A DNA stretch of 64,000 nucleotides from Octopus sinensis (taxonomy: Eukaryota). The notes under the pieces are model-generated. The model had not been told where the DNA came from and ran no database searches. It was given only the letters and a program-made list of their open reading frames with translations. This document shows positions 12,258 to 23,383 of this stretch, piece by piece. Both the position numbers and the translations under genes were made by a program. The stretch's first letter is position 1. Each line of letters begins with the position of its first letter. The stretch is from the NCBI RefSeq assembly GCF_006345805.1, contig NC_043005.1, forward strand, positions 91,574,001 through 91,638,000, read 5' to 3'.

Positions 12258-12980
12258 AAAATTGCCTACATAGAACGAAATACATTCAGCGAGACAAAAA
12301 GAGAGCAGAATAGATGTTAAGGAAAATTTTTGCTGCACGGGCTTCCAGGTCACTGATTGGTCAAAGCATTACACACATGACACAGGTTAATTAAAATGTC
12401 AATAATTAAAATAGCATCTCTGTAAATAGTTCATATATGCATCAAGTGGGAATGTCTCTAGGTGATTTTATAAACGGAATGTTATTAAATAAAAAAAATA
12501 TATTTCGAAATGTTTTCAATCACAAATATTATTGTAATTTGCCAGTCAACCCCTGGTAGCAAATAAGGATGAGGGTTACAAAGCAATGGGAGTGTCTCTC
12601 TGTGGTCACTGGACAAGCAAGAAATAGTAATCACATCTCCCTTTAATCTTATAGTTATGTCTTAAAAATGTAGAGGATACACAGATAAATGGATAGAAGG
12701 TTCATAGCTTAAGTTTTCAACCAGTTGTCTTCTCAAAAAAAAAAAAAAAAAGGCTTACATGAAGCTACACAACAATAACAGGCAACATACACGTCTCCTT
12801 CGTTCAACAAAATGAACTTTGCTTGGTTCGTCGGAATATTATTTTTTTCAATAATCCCGTGATCGAAGTATTACTTACATGAGTATATGTATTACAATGG
12901 TTGGTAAAACACTCATAGACAGCAGCCTGTTTTTCTTATATATTTATAAAATCAAGAGTTTGATAAAATATGTTGAAATT

Positions 12981-13198
12981 AAGGCGGCGAGCTGGCAGAA
13001 TCGTTAGCACGCCGGGCAAAATGCTTAGCGGTATATTGTATGTCTTTACGTTCTGAGTTCAAATTCTGTAGAAGTCGACTTTGCCTTTCATCCTTTCATG
13101 GTCGATAAATTAAGTACCAGCTGCGTACTGGGGTTGATCTAATCGACTGGCGCCCTCCCCCAAAATTTCGGACCTTGTGCCTAGAGTAGAAAAGAAAA
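12981..13198 (+). mobile_element. Full-length SINE A (tail 2)
   Basis: AAGGCGGCGAGCTGGCAGAATCG ... CCCCAAAATTTCGGACCTTGTGCCTAGAGTAGAAAAG. Confidence 0.9.
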
Positions 13199-13479
13199 TA
13201 TATTGAAATGTCAAAATTTAACTTTAATGACATTTTGTTGCTGAGTGAGCAGGAAGCAATTCAATTTATGAGGAAGCTGCATTCGTCACACATTCTGCAC
13301 CTCTTGTTCATTCTCTGTATTATTTAGTGCTGAGAATTATGCGCAGGTGAGGCTGTGTGGCAAGAAGTTTGTTTCCCAACCACATTGCTTCGGATTCAGT
13401 CCCATTGCGTGGCATCTTGGTCAAATGTCTTCTACAATAGCCTCGGGCTGACCAAATCCTTATGAATGGATTTGGTAGA

Positions 13480-13736
13480 TGTGGTGTATGCGAGAGATTC
13501 GAAATAAGGACACCTACCTTCTCTTCGCTCGACGGAGACCTTTCAGCGGTAATGGATCCTTCAACGTAGCCCGACCCGAACACTAAGAATAGGAGCTGCT
13601 TCTCCCCTACCTTAACAACGTGCCCACGCGTCTCACTCCTGTTACCTCGATCGAAAAGGCCGAATCCTGCCCTGCCTGCGCGCGCGTCACTCCTGCCCCT
13701 TCCGGTCAGCTCCCCAGCTGCTGACGTCATCCCACA
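13480..13736. mobile_element. 257-bp GC-rich solo-LTR-like insertion
   Basis: TGTGG...CCACA termini; 5-bp TSD GTAGA at 13475-13479 and 13737-13741; cleanly splits SINE B. Confidence 0.75.
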
Positions 13737-13761
13737 GTAGACAGAAACTGAAAGAAGCCCA

Positions 13762-14105
13762 TTCAAACTCCACCTGTCTAACACCCGTGGACATGTTGAC
13801 AAAGTCAGAAAACAGCACAGCTTCCATGACTTTCGGAAACATATTTTCACGCTAAGAGTTGCTGAAGCATAGAACAAACTGCCGGCATCAGGTGTTATTT
13901 GTTGGAGCACTGCATCCTTCAAAACTTCCATGCTTCCTGAGATTCGCCAACACTACACCTGATTTTCTCCCCTCCATACACACGCAAGCATGTATCTGAC
14001 TCATACACTGTTCACTTCCCAGACATTTGTACATTACTGCATATGCTTTATACACACTTTTGACAAGTTGTGATGCACCTGAGCACTGTATACAATAATT
14101 TCATT
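13762..14105 (+). mobile_element. CR1/L2-group LINE 3' end
   Basis: NTRGHVDKVRKQHSFHDFRKHIFTLRVAEA*NKLPAS..SFK is the typical CR1 ORF2 end; same 3' tail fragment at about 11065-11107. Confidence 0.8.
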
Positions 14106-14123
14106 ATATTATATATACATATA

Positions 14124-14165
<42 letters not shown>

Positions 14166-15574
14166 TGCCTTTGTCCTCTACCACCACTTCACAACTGGTG
14201 TTGATATGTTTGCATTGTGACATAGCGGTTCGACAAAAATCAACTGATAGAATAAGTACGAGGCTTAATAAAATGTATTGGGGTTGATTTGTTTGACTAA
14301 AATTTTCCAAGGCAGTGCTCCAGCATGGTCGCAGTCTAATGGCTGAAACAAGTAAGAGATAAAAGATGGATATGTTTACAAGAAATTGGTTAGGAGTTGT
14401 TTTGAACGAATTTTAAGAACACAAAAAGATTTGGGAACACAGTACCACATTCTCAGAAGTCCAGAGTGTAACTGATTACTTATGATTACTTATATTTGTT
14501 TGCATTCAATTTCTTGTAAATGATATCGAATTCATAAAGAATGTTTGCTTATAAATACGGTTGAATTGAAATTTGGTCAACTGCATTTCTAGATGTTTAA
14601 TTCCTGCCACTCTAATGCATCTAATTTCAGAAATGCGAAATCTGCTTTATTAATTTTATAAGTCTATAATTTATCTTTAACGCTTTGAATTGTACAAATC
14701 TAGAAAACTGGCCAGTCTCAGCCCTTAGAACGTCTATAAACTGTTTTATTTGTTCAAGATTCTTGGAGTTGATTTTTTTTTTACCAAAAAATGTATTCCC
14801 TAAGACAAACATCAACATATGTTGCGATTACTCTCAAAATTCGTGATCATGCTGAACGACTCTGTAGTTTATTTCCTAAAACTTTGCAGTATAATGTTAA
14901 GTTCATTTAAATGCAATAAAATGTCACTGAAAAAACAAAAAGAAAACACGTCATTTTTTTACGTATAATATTTTCTGTATATTAAGAGGACTTTACAAGT
15001 TTAAAAACTGTAAACCTTATTCCAAATATTTCTCAATACATCTTTTAGTATATATCTATATGTAAAAGTAACAGAAAGCTACATACTCTGAAGCAGAGCA
15101 AATAATTATAATTCAAGAGACATGCAAGAATACAAGCATCTCTTTTTCTCCACTCATGAGACACAGTAAGCTATCAAAACACAGCGCTGTATGTAGAATT
15201 CAACTGATATCTATTTTTATATAAATATTCGTACTTCCAAGTGTATTTAGTGATTTTATTCTGACATATATATATTAGATGACAATATTTTAACTCAATC
15301 TCAATGTCTTGAGCACTTTTGACAAATAAATAAATATACGTAAAAAGTATGAATTCGACCAAAGTTGAAATGCAAAATAACTGATAAGATGGTTTTGTTG
15401 TATTATAATTACAGAATGGAGAAACACATTTTTTTTTCCTTTCCGATAATTAACTTGTCTGTGACAAGCCTAACTAGCAAGGTAAAATTGGAGATAAAAT
15501 ATGAAAGGTTTCAATTTTGATGTGAAGAATATTATATGAAAAAAGTTGAAAATGGTGAAAAGCTATTCAATGCA

Positions 15575-15616
15575 AAAACAAATATATGTGTGTGGGTGTG
15601 GGTGGGTGTGTATGAG

Positions 15617-15650
<34 letters not shown>

Positions 15651-16012
15651 ATATATATACGTACATATATATATATGCATACATATATACATACATATAT
15701 ATACATATATATATACATACACACATATATAGACATACACACATACACACACACATATATATATATATGCACATACATATATATACATATAAATATATTC
15801 ATACATATATATATAATATATATATATACATATATATATATATACATGCATATATATATACGTACAAACAAATGTATATACATACATATATATATATACG
15901 TATATATATATATACATACACACACACACATATATATATATACATATATATACATACGTATATATATACATACGTATATATATACATACACACACACACA
16001 TATATATATACA
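15575..16012. repeat. (TA)n/(TACA)n microsatellite running into the gap
   Basis: Direct reading. Confidence 0.95.
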
Positions 16013-16112
16013 NNNNNNNNNNNNNNNNNNNNNNNNNNNNNNNNNNNNNNNNNNNNNNNNNNNNNNNNNNNNNNNNNNNNNNNNNNNNNNNNNNNNNNNN
16101 NNNNNNNNNNNN
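16013..16112. other. Assembly gap (100 N)
   Basis: Run of 100 N, probably a placeholder length. Confidence 0.99.
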
Positions 16113-16777
16113 ATTCCTTCGGAATTAAGAATATGCAGTCTTCGAAACATATGTCGAGAATAAAGGATTTTGTTAAATCCCGTTCGACTCCATTCTTTCA
16201 TTTATATATATATATATATAGATATATATATATATATATAATATATATATATAATATACAGTGAATTTATGGAATGAGGTCTATAAAACAAGTTGTTAAA
16301 ATATATATAGGATGTTTAATTCTTGCAGACAATCGTTTCGTACAGAGATATAATAATAATAATGTAAATTCATGACTGAATTAAATTAAATTAATTAAAT
16401 ATCAACGTACTCTTCAGTGCAGGAAGTAAAAACCACAATACAAAGAACTTGAGAAGGAATATAGCAGAAAAATTGAATCTAGGAGACTCATATTTTTATC
16501 TGCGTGAGAGAGATGTGAGTCATGTCGGATATTTAACTATAACTAACGGCTACAACAGATATTTGAAAGTATAAGTAAAGAGGTATTACAGACGTTCCCT
16601 CTATAGATGAGCATGGAAATTAGAGATTTAAACTCCAAATAAGTAGCGTAGGGAAAATATGTATTAGAGATGGAAAGACACTCCTTGGTTTGAATTAAAA
16701 GATGAGCTAACCGTTGAAATCATTATGCAGTATCACCTCTTCACGTTAGAAATTTTAAAAAAATACATTATACTCAG

Positions 16778-16804
<27 letters not shown>

Positions 16805-16811
<7 letters not shown>

Positions 16812-16946
16812 GACGGGCTTCTTTCCGTTTCCGTCTACCAAATCCACTCACAAGGCTTTGATCGGTCCGCAGCTATAGCAGAAGACACTTGCGCAAGGTG
16901 CCACGCAGTGGGACGGAACCCGGAACCACACAGCCACTCCTGCGCC
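16805..16946 (-). mobile_element. SINE B head
   Basis: Reverse complement of GGCGCAGGAGTGGCTGTGTGG..GTGGCACCTTGCGCAAGTGTCTTCTGCTATAGC..GGATTTGGTAGACGG. Confidence 0.85.
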
Positions 16947-16994
16947 TATATATATATATATAATATATATATATATATGCATATATACACACAT

Positions 16995-17180
16995 ACACAC
17001 ACACTGTTGTGTCTGGGGAGAATCATTCTCTTTTAGTGCCTCATAATTTAACGCACTCACCGATAAAGTTTCCACTCATTTACTTGTCTATTTTTCAAAC
17101 ATTTTCGTTGTCTTGCAACCTTTCCAATAGTTGTTGACTGTCCGTTATCCGAGCTGCACTCTTTTAGTTTGTTTGTGTGC
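16995..17180 (+). repeat. Approx. 185-bp dispersed repeat flanked by microsatellites
   Basis: CTGTTGTGTCTGGGGAG..TCATTCTCTTTTAGTGCCTCATAATTTAAC..CACTCACCGATAAAG recurs inverted at about 28850-29035. Confidence 0.75.
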
Positions 17181-17384
17181 ATGTATGTGGGTCAGTGTGT
17201 GTGCGCATACACATCTATGTATGTCTGTATGCATGCATGTAAGTGTGTGTATGCATGTATGTATGTGTGTGTGTGCGTATGTATATATGTATGTGTGTTC
17301 GTTTGTATGTATGCATTCTCCATATTCATGTGTTTGAGTGTGTGTGTTTGTGTGTTTGGGCTAGATAACCCTAACCCTAACCCC

Positions 17385-18150
17385 ACCCACTATGCAAATC
17401 CTATGAAACGAAGAAACATGTACAGAACTTCATGCACTGCATGCAGTTCTCTGGATATGATCAGAAAGATGGGAGATGGGTATACAGGGGTGCTACAATC
17501 AAGTTAGATAACATAGAAGCAAAGACTGGATTAGAATACAAAGAGCTTGTGACAAAGAAAACAGGGAGAACACGTGGTATAAAACCGACAAATATCAAGG
17601 ACTGATGTTTGTAGAGGTCACAGCCCACGGAGAAATATCCCGTAAACTCAGGAGAGCTCTGAAGAAGACGAAACTCAACATTAAGTTTGTTGAAAAGCCA
17701 GGGAATTCCATCAGATCACAACTATGTAGGACGTATCCCCTTTGAGAATACAATATTCACCAATGATAACTGCATGGTATGCAGGATTATCCCTGGCATT
17801 AATTGTCGAACTAGAAATGTAGTCTACAGCATAAGATGCATAGAAGGTACTTGTAAAGACACGAACATGACATACACAGGGGAGGCATCTAGGAGCATTG
17901 AGGAAAGACTAAATGAACATTTGATACAATATGACGACAAAAAATAGTCTCTCCATACTCTACCAACATGTCAAGGACCAGCATGGAGGCAACCTGGGTC
18001 AACTTGACATCCGCATTTTATCAATAAGGTGTCGTTAGACACAAAACAGTTAAACACAGTAACAGACAATTGCCATCTACAATAGAAAAGAATCCAATGA
18101 TAAAGGTATTTAAGAACGAATAGTTTATCTGAATAAAAATGCGAAATGTA
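17385..18150 (+). mobile_element. Penelope-like element fragment (post-RT region and GIY-YIG endonuclease), disrupted
   Basis: WYK...LMFVEVTAHGEISRKL...KFVEKPGNSIRSQL and NVVYSIRC...YTGEASRSIEERLNEH (GIY-YIG). Confidence 0.85.
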
Positions 18151-18479
18151 GCGTGTGCTATCGTATGGCAACCTGTTACAAGGTAGCAGTTCCAGAGTTT
18201 AGCATATCATTAGGATTGCGGAAAACAAAGTCTGATCAGAATTTTTAAAACAAAAATCCGGCAAATGAAAGTGGCAGCGATATTAAAAAAATCTCTACAC
18301 GTTTGGTAAAAACGCAGATCATGTTAATTAATCTTCAGCCTGGTCTCCTAGCTTGTCTTACTAGCAAAGAAAGTAAGTCTTCTGTTCGCAATACCAAATG
18401 CTTTGTAGATATAAGAGAATATGTAACCGCATCTAATTCATCCAACAATATGCAAAATAAAGTTTACATTTATAATTGA

Positions 18480-18849
18480 CTAGCAGTATCGCCCGGCGTT
18501 GCTCGGGTTTGTAAGGGAAATAACTATAAAGCATTTTTAGAGAGTTATAGCCAAAAAATGGAAAAAAAATTATGGTAAATTTTTTTTAGTTAAAAAGGTC
18601 GAGTCGCGTCCCCTAGACAGTCTGTGGTTTGTGTTTCTGATTCTCGACCCCATGTCGAATTTATCGCTTTTTTTCAGAACTGGGGGAACTTTTCAAAATT
18701 TTCGCTGCGTTAGTTTTGAATTATGACATTGGGCTATGTGTGTGTCAAGTTTCATCAGAATCGGTTGAAAGCCGTGGTCAGGGTGAGGGTACAACCTAAC
18801 AGACACACAGAAACACACACAGACAAACTGCCGTTTATATATAGAGAGA
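18480..18849 (-). mobile_element. Non-autonomous Helitron-type element (inverted sister of 10319-10697)
   Basis: Same TC...hairpin-CTAG structure and sequence, A|T insertion. Confidence 0.85.
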
Positions 18850-19216
18850 TTATATTCATTCAAGAGCCGACCTTTAAAACACTTTGAAAGTATTTTTCGA
18901 TAGGCATACTAAGTTCGAGTAATAAATTGTTCTATGGAACTTTTCAATCTGGAAATGTCGCAAGTCTATAGTTAATTTGGACACGTTTTTTTTTTCTGAA
19001 CGTATACTGAAGACCTTTTAGTTTTGTGTGAGTGAATGTGAGTCTCTAGGGAAGAGGTAGTACTACTAAAAAATATCTGGTCACTTCGTTTTTGCCTGAA
19101 CCATAACAATTATTTTTATGGATCTATATGATTGAATGACCAATGCATATAGATAAGCTATCATGTGGGGTGGGTGTGCAGGAAATGAATACAAGGGTTA
19201 CACTAATTATTTTAAT

Positions 19217-19428
19217 ATATTTAAAGCTTAGTATTTACCTGCTAGATGACGTGTTTGAGACATTTAGAATGTTAACCCTGGAAGATGATATTTTAAACAC
19301 GATAAATTATGTTAGCATACACATATTTAAAGCTTAGTATTTACCTGCTAGATGACGTGTTTGAGACATTTAGAATGTTAACCCTGGAAGATGATATTTT
19401 AAACACGATAAATTATGTTAGCATACAC
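19217..19428. repeat. Perfect 106-bp tandem duplication
   Basis: 19217-19322 is identical to 19323-19428. Confidence 0.95.
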
Positions 19429-20109
19429 TCCTTCACTATGAATTCCACCCTTAAGGAAACCCAAATAAGCCTCTCACTCCTCAATAATCCAAGACAGTAA
19501 TTCTAAGTGAAACGACTTTTATTAACGAACTTCTAGGAACCGCTACTACCCCACGATACACTAGAAATTGACAATTTGTCTTTATTAATCAATGGTCTTT
19601 TGTATGTAGACTTAACAAGATTTACCTGCAGAACTTTTCGAAAAGAGAAATGTCGTAGGTCTATGAAAGCGCCCATCTATTCGAATTTACTGAAGAGCGA
19701 AATTAAATGGAGGGTCCTTCCTTTGTTGACCCCGTTTTCTTTTTAAAGCAAACTCCAAAACTCCAAAACTACTTAGAGTATAAATTTAATGCTTTCCCTT
19801 GGTACGCAACCTATTATAATATAATTTAAATTTATTATAATATAAATATTAACCTATTATAATATAAATTTGCTTGTGATCAAACGAAAAAAATGTGACT
19901 ATATTAGTTTAAACTTGTTACCTGTATTACAGTTTTCTTTAACAATATAGGGTTAAAGTTGAAACTGTATACAGTAAAATGTCTCGGTCCTGATATCGTT
20001 TAATGAAAATGGCGAGCATCATGGCGTCTATAACATATTAGCAATAGTAATACGAACGAACCAGATTTATGAGAAAAATAACAATTAAGCTCAATTAAAG
20101 TACGGTAGA

Positions 20110-20600
20110 TTTAATACCCTCTTGGGTATTCTTAGCTCTTCAAGATCTTTAATCCTGGTTGCTATGACCACCTTTCGTATTAGAGGATTAATTTCTGTTA
20201 AACATAAATGTTTTTGCGTTTGGTTGCACAAAGGATTTTGGATCGGAAAAACGATGAAAGTCCCACGGGTATTTTGTATCGTTGCAATTAAAGATTGACT
20301 TTAATTAAATTGTTAAAAATATCAGAAATGCAAGCGATATCTGTTTCTCTGCTTTCAAGATTCTCACATACCGTTTCATCCATCACCCTTCAATATGCAT
20401 TATAAAAGGCCCAAATTCTTCGCTTTTTTTGCGACAAATCTGACAAAATTAAAACCTGTGATTAACGGGTGAGCTATAATCTTAGTCATGACTTTGTTTA
20501 GAACTTGTAAAGTTTCACACAAAGCTTCACAAAGATTCTTTGCAGCAAAATACTGTCTATATTTATTTATTAATATCCGGCAAAAATATAATAAGTCTAC
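20110..20600 (+). repeat. Old dispersed repeat, second copy at about 23590-24075
   Basis: CTTGGGTATT(C/T)T(T/C)AGCTCTTCAA(G/A)ATCTT and several downstream blocks are collinear between the two loci. Confidence 0.65.
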
Positions 20601-20805
20601 ACTTTCACAGTTGTTATTCAATTTGATTACCGTAATTCATTTAATTGAAACTATTTTAGATCTCAGATGTATTTCTAGACTGGAACAACCTCGAGCATTC
20701 AGTCATTCATAAAAACTGAAGATGACATTTTCTGCTTGTTGTCACTCGCGAGCGAGTATGACCTGGCAGCATATATCATGCTTTACTATTTATTTTAGGT
20801 GCCTA

Positions 20806-21038
20806 AAGGCGGCGAGCTGGCAGAAACGTTAGCACGCCGAACGAAATGCGTAGCCTATTTCGTCTGTCGTTACGTTCCGAGTTCAAATTCCACCGAGGTC
20901 GACTTTGCCTTTCATCCTTTCGGGGTCGATACATTAAGTACCAGTTACGCACTGGGGTCGATGTAATCGACTTAAATCCCTTTGTCTGTCCTTGTTTGTC
21001 CCCTCTGTGTTTAACCCCTTGTGGGTAGTAAAGAAATA
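20806..21038 (+). mobile_element. Full-length SINE A (tail 1) with 19-bp TSD
   Basis: TSD TATTTATTTTAGGTG(C/T)CTA at 20787-20805 and 21039-21057. Confidence 0.92.
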
Positions 21039-21371
21039 TATTTATTTTAGGTGTCTATGTAATCGCGAGCAGACATAAACATCTACTTGTCTCCCTGAGT
21101 TGTCTTTGTCTTGTTGCCAAAATCGTTAAATAAGTCTCGGCAACAAGGCAAAGACGACTCTTATGGAAATTCAGTTGATTATGTAGTAATGGTTCTCAAC
21201 TTCCTGTTGCTCAGCGATCTCTTTTATTCTTATTCTTCTGCTTATACCGTATAGCATCAGGCTTTTTACGACATCCCTTCCACCCAAAAAAGAAAAACCA
21301 GAACAAATTATTTTAATGAAACAGGATCTAGTTTTGCGTTGTGGTTTATTAACCATATTTTCTTATAATAT

Positions 21372-22475
21372 TGTTACGCCGCCACTCAGGCCCACGATGC
21401 CACCACGGGCCCTAGCGTGCGGCGCGTGCGCTCAGTAAACCGGAAAATCCACCACGGGAAGGCGGGAAGGCAGCGAACGCAACCAGGACCAAGAACAACA
21501 ACAAAGAAGGAGACATAGACAGGCGTTGCGTAATTCAGCAAATTTTTTTTTTAATAAAACAAAAGCATTCACAACAAAGGTTAACAAATCATGTAACATT
21601 TGACACAATACAGTTCGATTTTCCAAAACGCATCATTTACATTTAAACATAATACAGAGTCGATTCTTCCAAAACAAATCATTTACGTTTAACACAAAGT
21701 TCGTTTTTTTTCTCTTTTAACACAATTAAGTCTCTTAAAGTTCCACTTTTCTTTTCTTTTCTCTCTCTCTTCTTCTAACACAGAGAGTTCGTTCTCAAAG
21801 ACCCCTTTCCCTTTCTTTTCAACAGTCTTTCCGCTTTTTTAAAACATCTACAAGTTCTCTTTCTTTTTCTTTTCTTTTCAACAGTTTACGTCACAGAGTC
21901 CCTTCCTTTTTTTTTTTACATTTGAACGCTTCTCTTTTTTTTACATTTAAACATCAAAGTTCAAAACACAGAAAAACATTTACCGTCTGCAACATTTTTT
22001 TAACTTCACAACTCTTACTACAACAACTTGCCTGGCCGCTCGATTGTCATCTCTCTCACTGACCGTCTCTCGTCCCCGTCATCTCCAACTACACCTGTTT
22101 GTCTCTGGCCGTCATCATCTCTAACTCACTCCCTTGTCCGATCTCCGCTCACACTGACCCCTTGTACGGTCCTCCGCTGACTGACTAGCAACTTAGAGCT
22201 ACCCGTATATATAACGTCGTCCCGCTAGAAAAAGAGACATACCGTAAGTCAACAGCGTGTAACTCCTTTCCCAACATTTTAATTTTTTAAAAATCTTTCC
22301 GTGACCGTAGAGGGCCAGAGTTCAAGTGCCTACGGCCATTAATAATCGTGCTCCTTGACAGGACAAAGGAAATACCACTGTCCTGAACAACTGGAGCGCC
22401 GGTTCGATTCCAACTAATGGAACAAGGGGCATAATGTTTTTTTGTTCGTTTACATTTTCCTTGGCGTTCGTAACA
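21372..22475. mobile_element. 1.1-kb solo-LTR-like element (Gypsy-type termini)
   Basis: TGTTACG...CGTAACA termini; 4-bp TSD ATAT; no ORF. Confidence 0.7.
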
Positions 22476-22970
22476 ATATTCTATTCAGCATATGCATCTT
22501 TTTATTTGAGATATTTGCATGAACTGGTGACCTTATGTTAAACTTTTTTTATGGATGTTAATAAAGAAGGCGAGTATTTATACGGCATCATATTTAGATT
22601 TATAGTAATTGTGCAAAGAACAACATTACTATTTAAATTTTAATTAAATTTGCGTAGACTAGTGTCACCTACATTAAGTTTTTATGAAAATTTTTGAAGA
22701 AGGCGGGGAATTACAAAGCGAAATTCTATTTACATTTATGATATTTGTGCAGGCAAAGAAATAAGAGTCAAGAACATTACTATTCAAATTTTAATTAAAA
22801 TGCTATAAGATTTATGCAGGTATTACACAACCAAACACATATATTAGTATTAGGCTATATTTAAGGTAAAATAATTTAAGATCCAACAAATTATATTCTA
22901 CAACAATAAATACTGGTTACTGTGTCTTGCTGAGATTTTGATTTAAAAATATAGCTTCAATATTTGACTG

Positions 22971-23383
22971 GGATCTTTTCGGTTTGAACGGCAGTTTTTT
23001 AAAGTAATTTCCACGTAACTAAACACTTTTAAACTTCGTATACTGGTAGAATGTGTTTATAAAACATCTTTTTCTCTTGGCTTTATTGAGAAAATTCTAT
23101 AGTTTGTAAGATATTTGTTGTTGTTTTTCTTCAATTTCTCCAAGTTCAACCAATCAATGACGTCTATTGAGGTGAAAACATTCTGTGCCGTATGAATATG
23201 TCCCTCGTTTAAGAAACAGATTGGGTTTATTTACATTTGTGAAGAAAAAAAGATACCCTCCCCCCCCTAACCCTAACCCTAAAACAGATTGAAATGCAAT
23301 AGATCGATACTAGGGTCATAATTATGGGTGACAATTTCATATGACACCGCTAGAAAAAACTGCCGTTCAAACCGAAAAGATCC
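22971..23383. mobile_element. MITE with 29-bp TIR and approx. 8-bp TSD (Merlin- or MULE-like)
   Basis: TIR GGATCTTTTCGGTTTGAACGGCAGTTTTT; flanks TTTGACTG and TTGGACTG (7/8 match); internal (CCCTAA)3 at 23265-23282. Confidence 0.8.

Larger units (their letters stand above)
13340..14367 (+). mobile_element. tRNA-derived SINE family B (CORE-like), split by two nested insertions
   Basis: Head GGCTGTGTGGCAAGAAG..GGATTCAGTCCC, GTGGCATCTTGGTCAAATGTC, resumes at 13737 (GTAGACAGAAACTGAAAGAAGCCC); tail GCTCCAGCATGGTCGCAGTCTAATGGCTGAAACAAG at 14318-14355. Confidence 0.8.
13200..15250 (-). pseudogene. Old hAT (Buster/GTF2IRD2-like) transposase relic interrupted by younger inserts
   Basis: Minus-strand peptides in the expected order: DILLHLNELNIILQ (about 14880-14925), MWYCVPKSFCVLKIRSKQLLTNFL.TY (about 14380-14460), FSALNN...NKRCRMCDE (about 13270-13330); many stops and frameshifts. 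Confidence 0.55.

Noticed and set aside
14370-15250. Initial reading as an L1/Tx1 reverse transcriptase relic (TYVD resembling YADD)
   Set aside because: Ordered hAT motifs (HLNELN..LQ, W..P....LK.....L..F..TY, FSALN) explain the region better.
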